From positions 1,610-65,609 of the forward strand of contig JAZNXV010000004.1 in the NCBI GenBank assembly GCA_045594045.1: DNA of 64,000 bases, in the 5' to 3' direction. Below the pieces are notes generated by a model. It was not told the origin of the DNA. It saw only the letters and a list, made by a program, of their open reading frames with translations, and searched no databases. Of this stretch, positions 8,510 through 18,258 are shown one piece after another (the stretch's first letter is position 1; each line of letters starts with the position of its first letter). Position numbers and translations under genes: made by a program. Source of the stretch: Clostridia bacterium (lineage in GTDB: Bacteria > Bacillota > Clostridia > Christensenellales > QALW01).

Positions 8510-8536
8510 CAGAACCGAGAATTCGGTTCTGTTTTT
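8510..8536 (+). terminator. Rho-independent terminator, near-identical copy of the one at 6847
   Basis: Stem cagaaccga/tcggttctg followed by T5. 26 of 28 nt are identical to 6846-6873. Confidence 0.8.
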
Positions 8537-8546
8537 CTTTAAACAG

Positions 8547-8575
8547 TTGACCATATTTTGCAATCGTTATATAAT
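8547..8575 (+). promoter_or_regulatory. Predicted sigma-A promoter of the malic enzyme gene
   Basis: TTGACC (8547-8552), 17-nt spacer, TATAAT (8570-8575). Confidence 0.5.
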
Positions 8576-8611
8576 TATTATATAATTGCAAATCAATTTG
8601 AGGTACTTACT

Positions 8612-9784
8612 ATGGACTATGCAAAAGAATCTTTAAAAAAACACTATGAGTGGAAGGGTAAAATCGAAGTTATTGCGCGACCTGAAATATCAACCCGCCA
8701 GGACCTTTCGTTAACCTACACTCCCGGTGTAGCGCAGCCTTGCTTAGAAATACAAAAAGATATTTCAAAAAGCTTTGAGCTTACACGCCGAGCAAACCTT
8801 GTTGCCGTTATAACTGACGGAACTGCCGTTTTAGGCTTAGGTGATATTGGCGCCGAAGCAGGTATGCCCGTTATGGAAGGCAAATGTGCTCTTTTTAAAG
8901 CGTTTGCTGACGTTGACGCTTTTCCCCTTTGCATTAAAAGCAAAGACGTTGACACCATCGTAAACACTATCGCTCTAATTTCAGGCTCCTTTGGCGGAAT
9001 AAATCTTGAAGATATTTCTGCCCCCCGTTGCTTTGAAATTGAAAGAAAACTGAAAGAGGTTTGCGATATTCCCGTTTTCCACGATGACCAGCACGGCACC
9101 GCAATAGTCGTTGCCGCCGCTTTAATTAACGCCGCCAAGGTGGCGTAAAAGAAACTTGAAGATTTAACGGTAGTTATTAACGGCGCAGGCAGCGCAGGTA
9201 TCGCCATTGGCAAAATGATACTTAAATTGAATGTTAAAAATCTTATTATGTGCGATATCAACGGCACTCTCTGCAACGGCGATGATTCTCTTAACGCCTC
9301 CCAAGCAGAAATGGCAAAAGCCACTAACAAACACCGTCTAAAAGGCACACTTGCAGACGCGCTCAAATGTGCAGACGTGTTTATTGGCGTTTCTGCACCC
9401 AACGTTGTAACCAAAGAAATGATTGCTTCAATGAAGGATAAGCCTATAGTGTTCCCCATGGCAAACCCCACTCCCGAAATTATGCCTGATATTGCCCTTG
9501 AAGCAGGCGCATTTATTGTCGGTACAGGCAGAAGTGATTTTCCTAACCAAATAAACAACGTCCTTGCTTTCCCCGGGATTTTCAGAGGGGCATTAGACGC
9601 AAGGGCGCGCGACATTAACGAGGAAATGAAGTTTGCCGCCGCAAAGGCTATTGCCGATTATATTCCCGTCCAAGAGCTTTCCCGTGAAAATATTATACCA
9701 AACGCTCTTGATAAAAACGTTGCTTATGCAGTTGCCAGGGCAGTAAAAAAAGCCGCGGAAGAAACGGGTGTGGCAAGGGTGTAA
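8612..9784 (+). pseudogene. NAD(P)-dependent malic enzyme (short MaeB/YtsJ type) interrupted by one in-frame TAA at 9146-9148
   Basis: Listed ORFs 8558..9148 and 9215..9784 are in the same frame. Translation across the stop gives ..[31 protein letters not shown].., so the GxGxxG NAD-binding loop lies between the stop and the next ATG. The likely start is ATG 8612 after a tgagg RBS. Confidence 0.8.
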
Positions 9785-9820
9785 AGCTTTAATTATTATG
9801 GATTTTTCAATTTGTAGAAA

Positions 9821-9849
9821 AAGGACCTTGAAAATGTTTCAAGGTCCTT
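9821..9849. terminator. Bidirectional hairpin terminator between convergent genes
   Basis: 13-bp stem aaggaccttgaaa/tttcaaggtcctt with a 3-nt loop, flanked by A/T runs. Confidence 0.7.
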
Positions 9850-9875
9850 TATTTATGCTTTATTATATATAGGCT

Positions 9876-10976
9876 TTATATAAGCTTCATTATAACAGTT
9901 AAAATAATCAAAAATCCAAAGTTAAAAAGTGAAAACATTAAAATATATCTGCCCACTCTGTTCGGATAATGTCTTGTATATTCTCTAAAGGTAATCAGGC
10001 TTGCAAGTGATGCAATCAACGTTCCCGCGCCGCCTATGTTCACCCCCACAAGTAAATCAGTATAATTCTGTGTAAATTGGGAAAGCAAAATTGACGAAGG
10101 TACGTTGCTTATCACCTGGCAAGAAAGCACGCTTACTAAAAGAGTATCTTTTTCTAAAAGGTAAAAAAAGGTTTCTCTCACCCACTCTATTCGCGCCATA
10201 TTACCTGAAAATATAAAAAAGAAAACAAAGGTAAGAAGCAGCGGATAGTCAACGTTTGCTAAAGCTTTTCTATCTAAAAAAAGCAGTGCAGCAATAATTA
10301 CTATGAGCCCTATCTGATAAGGTATTCCCCTAAAAACTATTGCTATTGAAAGAGCGAACAAAATCAAATATATAATAGTGCGCCCTTTGGGTAATGAAAT
10401 TTTATCTTCTTTTATATGCAAAGGCTCGGCTTTAACAAACATACAGCAAACTGTTATTAAAAATATTGAAATTAAAAACGGAACAAGCATTATGCCCATA
10501 AATTCCAAATTAGGAATATTAAACTTTGTGTACAAATACAAGTTTTGTGGGTTACCAAAGGGTGTTAGCATACCGCCTAAATTAGCGGCAATATTTTGCA
10601 TAATAAAGGTAAAAGCCAAATATCCTTCTTCACCGGTAGAAGTAAGCACTAAATATCCTAAGGGCAAAAAGGTTAAAAGCGCCATATCGTTCGCAATAAA
10701 CATAGAACCTATAAAGGTAATATAAATAAGCACCAAAATACAACTGCGGGCAGTATGAAACTTTTTAACTATTTCCTTTGCCAAGGAATAGAAAAAGCCT
10801 ATATTTTTTAGTGCACCTACAACTGCTAAAACGCAAAACAAACAAGTAAGTGTTTTAAAATCAAAATAACCTAAATACTCGCTGTCCGGCGGAACAAAAA
10901 AGCAGGTTATTACTGCCGCAATAAACGCAATAAACGCAACTATATTCTGTTTTGCGAATTCAAAAATCTTTGTCAT
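9876..10976 (-). CDS. ArsB/NhaD (SLC13/CitMHS-like) family anion permease
   Basis: Polytopic membrane protein. The likely start is ATG 10976 (MTKIFEFAKQ..). Motifs include FIANDMALLTFLPLG and GGMLTPFGNPQNLYLY, typical of the ArsB/NhaD permease superfamily. Confidence 0.7.
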   Translation of the reverse strand: MTKIFEFAKQNIVAFIAFIAAVITCFFVPPDSEYLGYFDFKTLTCLFCVLAVVGALKNIGFFYSLAKEIVKKFHTARSCILVLIYITFIGSMFIANDMALLTFLPLGYLVLTSTGEEGYLAFTFIMQNIAANLGGMLTPFGNPQNLYLYTKFNIPNLEFMGIMLVPFLISIFLITVCCMFVKAEPLHIKEDKISLPKGRTIIYLILFALSIAIVFRGIPYQIGLIVIIAALLFLDRKALANVDYPLLLTFVFFFIFSGNMARIEWVRETFFYLLEKDTLLVSVLSCQVISNVPSSILLSQFTQNYTDLLVGVNIGGAGTLIASLASLITFREYTRHYPNRVGRYILMFSLFNFGFLIILTVIMKLI

Positions 10977-11009
10977 AGCAAACCTTAAAAATCTTATTTT
11001 ACAGCGACA

Positions 11010-11038
11010 ATTATAACACAAAAATTATTTGTAAGCAA
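11010..11038 (-). promoter_or_regulatory. Predicted promoter of the permease gene
   Basis: On the minus strand: TTGCTT, 17-nt spacer, TGtTATAAT (extended -10). Confidence 0.45.
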
Positions 11039-11053
11039 CCGAAAGAACAACAA

Positions 11054-11086
11054 AAAAGCAGTTATAATAAACTTACAACTGCTTTT
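11054..11086. terminator. Hairpin terminator downstream of the PqqD-peptidase gene
   Basis: Stem aaaagcagtt/aactgctttt with U-runs on both strands. Confidence 0.6.
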
Positions 11087-11142
11087 ATTTGTTTTGTTTT
11101 TTTAACGTTGTTTAACTCTTTGCTGTTCAAACAAACATACTT

Positions 11143-11892
11143 TTATATCTTATTTTTTTCCTTTTTACCTATAATTCTTAGCATTTTTCCTTTTACTCGC
11201 CCTAAAAAACGACGTACTTTTTTATATAGCATTCGCACAGGAAAAATAAAGCACCATATTTTGCTATAACACATGTAAAAGAAGTCATCTTCTTTAACGT
11301 GCTTGTTTTTACGGTAAAATTCCTTTGCAACACCTATGATTTTTCCATCGGGTATGCCATATTCAATATATTCGCAATTATCACCGCAAATATCATAGCT
11401 GTTTTCATTAACCCTTATTACTCTGTGCAGAATATACTTTTCATCACGTCTGTAAAGCGCAACATCATACCTTTTAAGCCGTTCCTTTGGCTTCACGATT
11501 ACCACATTGTCCCTGCGGTTTTTTAATAAGGGATACATACTTAACCCTACTGTTGTGCTGATAAACACGCCATCTTTATCAAGTATGTCTTCAATTTTTA
11601 CACCCGTATCAGTTTTTACGCCTTCATCAACGCCACGCAAAATACCCATTTCGTTAAAGTTTTTTATTATTTCGCCCGTATCCTTTAATGCTTTTTCGTA
11701 AGAAATATCGTACTTGTGTTTAAGCTCTGTTGCAATTTCTTCTTCAGAGAGCTTCTCTAATCTCTCCCACACAAAAGCCGCTGTTTCGTTCAACTTAATT
11801 TCGCCGCTAAACCGTTTACTTGCTTCGCCTGTGGGCACTAAAATGAATTGATTATTAACTTTTCGCAATTTTAAATCATCTATCGCGCCCAT
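11143..11892 (-). CDS. Fusion protein: N-terminal PqqD-like (RiPP recognition element-like) domain plus S24/S26 (SipW/Sec11-like, Ser-His) peptidase domain
   Basis: ATG 11892 is preceded by AAGGAG. The N-terminal part ..IKLNETAAFVWERLEKLSEEEIATELKHKYDISYEKALKDTGEIIKNFNEMGILRG fits the PqqD family pattern. The C-terminal part has VGLSMYPLL (nucleophile Ser) and YILHRVIRV (His as in ER-type S26B). There is no N-terminal TM anchor, and the C-terminus is a basic, hydrophobic tail. Confidence 0.65.
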   Translation of the reverse strand: MGAIDDLKLRKVNNQFILVPTGEASKRFSGEIKLNETAAFVWERLEKLSEEEIATELKHKYDISYEKALKDTGEIIKNFNEMGILRGVDEGVKTDTGVKIEDILDKDGVFISTTVGLSMYPLLKNRRDNVVIVKPKERLKRYDVALYRRDEKYILHRVIRVNENSYDICGDNCEYIEYGIPDGKIIGVAKEFYRKNKHVKEDDFFYMCYSKIWCFIFPVRMLYKKVRRFLGRVKGKMLRIIGKKEKNKI

Positions 11893-11938
11893 AAAGACTC
11901 CTTTGTGATAAAAGTTTTTAACACCGTAATCTCTTGTT

Positions 11939-11967
11939 ATTTTACCACACCAAATTTGTTTTTGCAA
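11939..11967 (-). promoter_or_regulatory. Predicted promoter of the PqqD-peptidase gene
   Basis: On the minus strand: TTGCAA, 17-nt spacer, TGgTAAAAT. Confidence 0.45.
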
Positions 11968-11996
11968 GAAAAAGCCGCAAATACTCGTTAACACGC

Positions 11997-12031
11997 AAAA
12001 AAAGCTACCTAAATTTACTTTAGGTAGCTTT
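11997..12031 (-). terminator. Rho-independent terminator of groES-groEL
   Basis: 11-bp stem aaagctaccta/taggtagcttt followed by U7 on the minus strand, 16 nt after the groEL stop. Confidence 0.8.
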
Positions 12032-12046
12032 TGTTTATTTATAAAA

Positions 12047-13675
<1,629 letters not shown>

Positions 13676-13687
13676 TCATTTCCTCCA

Positions 13688-13975
13688 TCAATCTTCGATA
13701 ATGCCTAAAATATCGCTTTGGCTTATTACTATATATTCTACGCCGTCAAGCTTAATGTTTGTACCTGCATATTGGCTGTAAACAACTTTTTGGCCTTTTT
13801 CTACCTGCATAACAACTTCCTTGCCGTTAATTACGCCACCGGGGCCTACGGCTACTACCTCTGCAAATTGAGGCTTTTCCTTTGCTGTACCTGTAAGCAA
13901 GATACCGCTTTTTGTAGTTTCTTCCGCTTCGCAGTTTTTGATAACTACCTTGTCAAATAATGGTTTAATTGTCAT
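13688..13975 (-). CDS. groS: Co-chaperonin GroES (Hsp10)
   Basis: 95 aa, MTIKPLFDKVVIK.., located 15 nt upstream of groEL. Confidence 0.97.
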   Translation of the reverse strand: MTIKPLFDKVVIKNCEAEETTKSGILLTGTAKEKPQFAEVVAVGPGGVINGKEVVMQVEKGQKVVYSQYAGTNIKLDGVEYIVISQSDILGIIED

Positions 13976-13995
13976 AAAAAATTCCTCCTAATTCA

Positions 13996-14022
13996 TTAGC
14001 ACTCTTGCCTTGCGAGTGCTAA
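13996..14022 (-). promoter_or_regulatory. CIRCE operator (HrcA binding site)
   Basis: Perfect TTAGCACTC-N9-GAGTGCTAA inverted repeat between the predicted promoter and the groES RBS. Confidence 0.95.
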
Positions 14023-14029
14023 CACACAT

Positions 14030-14058
14030 ATCATACTTATTTTACCATATAATTGCAA
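14030..14058 (-). promoter_or_regulatory. Predicted sigma-A promoter of groES-groEL
   Basis: On the minus strand: TTGCAA (14058-14053), 17-nt spacer, TATGAT (14035-14030), 7 nt upstream of CIRCE. Confidence 0.6.
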
Positions 14059-14100
14059 ACTTCATTCAATGGTTTATTTGGCTGAATGTATGACATTTTA

Positions 14101-14150
14101 CCGTATTTTCTCGTTTTTTCTCTTGTTTGCTCTCGTTTTCTCTCGTTTTT
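14101..14150. repeat. Phased T/A-tract, degenerate about 10-nt repeat (TCTCGTTTT-like)
   Basis: T-tracts start at 14106, 14114, 14125, 14135 and 14145, with spacings of 8, 11, 10 and 10 nt. The element lies 45-95 bp upstream of the groES -35 box. Confidence 0.6.
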
Positions 14151-14163
14151 AGTTTCGCATCAC

Positions 14164-15129
14164 TTATCGTAAAGAGGACGTTCCGTATTTAATATCATTT
14201 TCCAATTTTCTTATACGCTCCTTAAGCGCCTTAACCTCGGCAGATAGGGCAAATACGGCTCTTTGCTGCATATAAACCTCTTGCATAAGCCCCCCGTTTT
14301 GAACTCTTTCAAGTTCGGTTTTTACATAAGGAAAAGGAGATGAAATTATTATTTTTTTGTCTTCACACGCTTTACACAAAACATACTCCTTAGCGCCGCG
14401 CGGCATTGACACCTCTCCCGAAAACCTTGTGCCGTCCCCAAGGATATACTCCTTAATACGTTCCCCTTCCTTTGCCAAAACACGCTTCCCGTCAAGAACG
14501 AAAACACTGTCACCCTTAGCTATTTCATTCTCCTTATAATATATACTGCCGCCGCATTCAAATACTACGCTATCAGTAAGCGTCTGCCCGTATTTTATAG
14601 GGAAATGCGAAGAAAACACCTCTGAGCTATCATATGCATTTATGAGCATATATAAATTATTATCTTTTTTTACTGCGTAGCACTTGTTTTCGCCTTTTTT
14701 AGCGCACAAAAGGGTAACGTAAGCATCGGTTGTGTACAGATTTTTCCCTTGCCACGAATCACCCGTAAGCACGTACTCAATAACTGCACAACCGTCCTTG
14801 CTTTTTACGCAGTAGTTCAAACGCAAGTTTGTATCGGCATTTATCAAAACGCTCGTAATTGAAAAATTTTCGGGTAAGCGCATTAAATGAGTAGTGTTTA
14901 CCAGCTCCCCGTTTACCTTTATATAAGTTAAGGTTTTCGCCGTTACTGCCGCAATATGAAGTATACCGTTATTGTCTATATCACAGCTGAACAGAGCACA
15001 CTCGTGAGATGTCAACGGAACATTTTTTATAATTTGTCCGCCAACTCCCTGAGAAAGCACTAACAAGTTTTTGTTATTAAGACCTATTCTAAAAATATTT
15101 TCACCGCTAAACAAAACGTATTCGCGCAT
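14164..15129 (-). CDS. Hypothetical protein (beta-rich body, C-terminal coiled coil)
   Basis: 321-aa ORF with no recognisable family motifs and no TM segment. The C-terminus ..QQRAVFALSAEVKALKERIRKLENDIKY has heptad-like character. Confidence 0.5.
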   Translation of the reverse strand: MREYVLFSGENIFRIGLNNKNLLVLSQGVGGQIIKNVPLTSHECALFSCDIDNNGILHIAAVTAKTLTYIKVNGELVNTTHLMRLPENFSITSVLINADTNLRLNYCVKSKDGCAVIEYVLTGDSWQGKNLYTTDAYVTLLCAKKGENKCYAVKKDNNLYMLINAYDSSEVFSSHFPIKYGQTLTDSVVFECGGSIYYKENEIAKGDSVFVLDGKRVLAKEGERIKEYILGDGTRFSGEVSMPRGAKEYVLCKACEDKKIIISSPFPYVKTELERVQNGGLMQEVYMQQRAVFALSAEVKALKERIRKLENDIKYGTSSLR

Positions 15130-15164
15130 ACAACAACCTTCTTTTTGTTTTTTAGTAAATTATA

Positions 15165-15193
15165 TTGAATAAAATTGCTTTTTATGTTATTAT
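15165..15193 (+). promoter_or_regulatory. Predicted promoter of the metallophosphoesterase gene
   Basis: TTGAAT, 17-nt spacer, TGtTATTAT. Confidence 0.4.
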
Positions 15194-15274
15194 ATAGTAC
15201 GGTTAATTTGATATTTTATTTTGAATGACTTAACGCATTTTTGCAGACTAACTGCAAAATATCGAGGTATTTTA

Positions 15275-15958
15275 ATGAAGGTATTTACTATTTCCGATCT
15301 TCACCTACCGGGGAATATGGATAAAACCATGGATATGTTTGGCTCAAGATGGCAAGGTCATTGGGAAAAAATAAAAGAAGATTGGCTTGAAAAGGTTACT
15401 GATGAAGACGTTGTTTTAATTGCAGGCGATATTTCTTGGGCGATGCATTTAAAGGATGCAATAGGCGATTTAAATGACATTGGCGCCCTTCCCGGAAAAA
15501 AGATTCTAATTCGCGGAAATCACGACTTTTGGTGGAGCAGCGTTACCAAGGTCAGAGATAATCTTCCTGAGGATATGTTCGTTTTGCAAAACGATGCAAT
15601 AAGAATCGGTGAATTCGTTTTTGCAGGCACCAGAGGCTGGATGGATACCGCCTCCCCCGAGGATCAAAAGATTTTTGCCAGAGAGCATATCCGCCTTGAT
15701 TTAACGCTTTCGGCGGCACAAAAGCTGATGGACGAAAGCTCTACCTTGATTACTATGCTTCATTACCCGCCTGTTCTTAACAAAAGCAAATTTAACGAGT
15801 TTTGCGGCGTATTAGAAGCTAACAATGTAAAATATTGCATCTACGGTCACCTGCACGGTGTTAGCCCCCAAGAAGCCGACATTTTGGAGCACAACGGAGT
15901 AACGTATATGTTATCCTCTTGCGATATGCTTGGTTTTAAGCTACGCAGAATAATTTAA
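15275..15958 (+). CDS. Calcineurin-like metallophosphoesterase
   Basis: ATG 15275 follows a gagg RBS. Motifs are MKVFTISDLHLPG (DxH), AGDISW (GD), GNHDFWW (GNHD) and a later H..H. Confidence 0.8.
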   Translation: MKVFTISDLHLPGNMDKTMDMFGSRWQGHWEKIKEDWLEKVTDEDVVLIAGDISWAMHLKDAIGDLNDIGALPGKKILIRGNHDFWWSSVTKVRDNLPEDMFVLQNDAIRIGEFVFAGTRGWMDTASPEDQKIFAREHIRLDLTLSAAQKLMDESSTLITMLHYPPVLNKSKFNEFCGVLEANNVKYCIYGHLHGVSPQEADILEHNGVTYMLSSCDMLGFKLRRII

Positions 15959-15999
15959 TAGACAATATCTTATTAAGCAAGTGCTGTAAAGGAGAAAAT

Positions 16000-16896
16000 A
16001 TGGTTAAAATTTATGAATCGGCATACGGTGGCTGGAACAAGTGTCTTTTTATGGAAAACGAAGTGGTGCAGCTTGTTATTACCCTTGAGGTTGGTCCAAG
16101 GATTATTCGCTACGCCTTAAAGGGCGAAGAAAACGTTTTTGCCGAAAAAGAAGACCAAATGGGCACCCTTGGTGGAGATAGTTGGAAGGCTTACGGCGGT
16201 CACCGTCTTTGGCACGCACCCGAAGCCATTGGGCGCACGTACCCTGCAGACAATTTTCCCATTACCTACAGTATTGAAGGAAATTCCGTAACCGTTACAC
16301 CCCCTGAAGAAACACACTGTAATATTCAAAAGGAAATGGTTATTACCTTAAGCGAAGAGACTTCTACGGTAACCGTTGAGCACCGCATAAAAAACACGGG
16401 TGCCTGGGATGTTGACCTTGCCCTTTGGGGCATTACCGTTTGTGCTCCGGGTGGAGTTGAAATCATTCCCGAGCCCGAGCATTTTGACGCACTTTTGCCC
16501 AACCGCCGCATTTCACTTTGGCCATATTCAAGACTGAATGATAAACGCCTGTATTTAGGCGAAAAATATATTGCCTTAACTCACGATGCCGCTATGGACA
16601 AGCCCTTTAAAATAGGCGTAGATAATCCGTCGGGCTGTGCCGCAGTATTTGTTAACGGATGCGTATTTATTAAGCAGTATCCCGTTGAGCCCGAAGTTGA
16701 ATATCCCGATTTCGGCGTTTCCTTCGAGTCCTATATTTGCGATTATATGACCGAGTGTGAATCACTTTCTCCTATGATGCGCCTTGCCCCTAATGCAGTG
16801 GGCGTACACGTTGAGCAATGGCAATTATTTAAGGAAGCTCAGCCGAAGGCAGAAGATGCCCAAAACATCGAATCGCTTATGAAAAAGTATTTCTGA
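16000..16896 (+). CDS. Galactose-mutarotase-like / DUF4380-like protein (tentative)
   Basis: 298 aa. The pattern ..LEVGPRIIRY...G.N.F......GGHRLWHAPE.. matches my recollection of the DUF4380 aldose-epimerase-like family. This was not verified by search. Confidence 0.45.
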   Translation: MVKIYESAYGGWNKCLFMENEVVQLVITLEVGPRIIRYALKGEENVFAEKEDQMGTLGGDSWKAYGGHRLWHAPEAIGRTYPADNFPITYSIEGNSVTVTPPEETHCNIQKEMVITLSEETSTVTVEHRIKNTGAWDVDLALWGITVCAPGGVEIIPEPEHFDALLPNRRISLWPYSRLNDKRLYLGEKYIALTHDAAMDKPFKIGVDNPSGCAAVFVNGCVFIKQYPVEPEVEYPDFGVSFESYICDYMTECESLSPMMRLAPNAVGVHVEQWQLFKEAQPKAEDAQNIESLMKKYF

Positions 16897-16920
16897 TTAC
16901 ACTTAAAAAATCTGACAAAA

Positions 16921-16951
16921 AAGAGCTGTGAAATTAATTCACAGCTCTTTT
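16921..16951. terminator. Bidirectional terminator between convergent genes
   Basis: 13-bp stem aaagagctgtgaa/ttcacagctcttt with A/T runs on both sides. Confidence 0.75.
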
Positions 16952-17056
16952 ATTATTTTATTTCTTGGCGTTGCCGCTGATTTTATATTATTCTTTTTGC
17001 ATCAGCTTTCAACGCGGTTTTAATATTTCATTTGCTTTATCGTTTATTCTACGGTT

Positions 17057-18130
17057 TTATTCTTTAATCTTTGCAAAAATTATTTTGCCTGCGTTTGTTT
17101 GAAGCATACTTGTAACTACTATATCAACAAATTTGTCAACGTACTCGCTACCGTTTTCCACAACTATCATTGTACCGTCATCAAGATAGCCTACGCCTTG
17201 ACTGGCTTCCTTGCCACGCTTTGAAATTTCTATATTAAGCTCGTCGCCGGCAACAACCGTCGGCTTCAAAGCATTAGCAAGCTCGTTAATATTAAGAATT
17301 CTTACGTCCTGCACGCTTGCCACCATATTAAGCGAATAATCGTTTGTCATTATATCAGCCTGAACATCCTTTGCGAACTTGATAAGCAAATCGTCAATGC
17401 TTGCCGCTTCATCGTAATCCCGTGCTGAAATAATAACCTTTGCATCTTCACGCAATTTTTTTACGGTATCAAGACCTATTCTGCCACGGGTACGCTTTTT
17501 ACTGTCCTCGGAATCAGAAAGGCGCGTAAGCTCGTCAAGCACAAATTTGGGTACGTAAATAGGCTCTTTTAAGAACCCCGTCTTTAAAACGTCAAAGGCT
17601 CTGCCGTCAATCAAAATGCTGGAATCAAGCACAGTTCCGCCCACAGCTTTATCAACGCTTTCGCCTTTTCTTCTTTTAAAGAGCGATATGGAAACATCGT
17701 CTCTGCGCAACAAGAATACCCTTATTCCCAAAAAGCCGCAGCAAATATAAATTAACGCATTTAAACACGTTACAAGCATGGCATTATCAATTTTGTTAAA
17801 AATTTGACACAATAAAAAAGCACCTACGAAGCCTACCAGCAAACCTGCAAGAGCAACAAACAAATCCTTTGCCGGCATTTCCTTTGCTTGCTTTGTTATT
17901 TTTGCAAACATTCTTGTGCACCATTTTGAAATAGGACCGCCTATAATATAGCCAATAATTGCCATTATTGAAATAGCGGCAATTTCGCAAATAATACGTC
18001 CCCATTCTTCAAACGTGACGTTGACAATCTTAAAAAACTCATCTATCAACCGCCACAGCCAAAACCCTAATGCTCCTCCGATAGGCGCAAATAATACTCT
18101 TATAACCTTGTTAATCATTTTATTACCCAC
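17057..18130 (-). CDS. Membrane-anchored PIN-TRAM domain protein (YacL-like)
   Basis: 357 aa. About 4 N-terminal TM helices are followed by a PIN-like domain (VLDSSILIDGR..) and a C-terminal TRAM-like beta domain. It is adjacent to radA, as yacL is in Bacillus. Confidence 0.7.
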   Translation of the reverse strand: MGNKMINKVIRVLFAPIGGALGFWLWRLIDEFFKIVNVTFEEWGRIICEIAAISIMAIIGYIIGGPISKWCTRMFAKITKQAKEMPAKDLFVALAGLLVGFVGAFLLCQIFNKIDNAMLVTCLNALIYICCGFLGIRVFLLRRDDVSISLFKRRKGESVDKAVGGTVLDSSILIDGRAFDVLKTGFLKEPIYVPKFVLDELTRLSDSEDSKKRTRGRIGLDTVKKLREDAKVIISARDYDEAASIDDLLIKFAKDVQADIMTNDYSLNMVASVQDVRILNINELANALKPTVVAGDELNIEISKRGKEASQGVGYLDDGTMIVVENGSEYVDKFVDIVVTSMLQTNAGKIIFAKIKE

Positions 18131-18258
18131 TAACCTTATTGTTGTTTGCTTTATTGTTATATCGTTTAAAACGCTTTCTATTTTGTTTGCTTTGTTATTG
18201 CAGCTCTAAAACGCTTAATCTGTTTGACTTGTTGTTACGTTTTAAAATACTTTGGTAG

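Noticed and set aside
9146-9148. Possibility that the in-frame TAA reflects an alternative genetic code
   Set aside because: Many well-supported genes in the window terminate with TAA at the expected position, for example hydA (TAA TAA), secD, thrC and the aminotransferase. TAA is therefore a normal stop here.
8716-9615. 299-aa ORF on the minus strand, the longest unexplained ORF in the track
   Set aside because: It lies entirely antisense to the malic enzyme gene. Its composition is low-complexity and Ala/Ser/Pro/Ile-rich, it has no RBS, and it is a typical shadow ORF of a well-supported gene.
14101-14150. Short tandem repeats considered as a CRISPR-like or minisatellite array
   Set aside because: The units are only about 10 nt, degenerate and have no spacers. 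They are better explained as phased A/T-tracts in a promoter-upstream region.
15238-15262. Small hairpin ttttgcag-actaa-ctgcaaaa in the leader of the metallophosphoesterase gene
   Set aside because: It is an 8-bp AU-rich stem without a following U-tract and without obvious sequestration of the RBS. That is insufficient to call a regulatory element.
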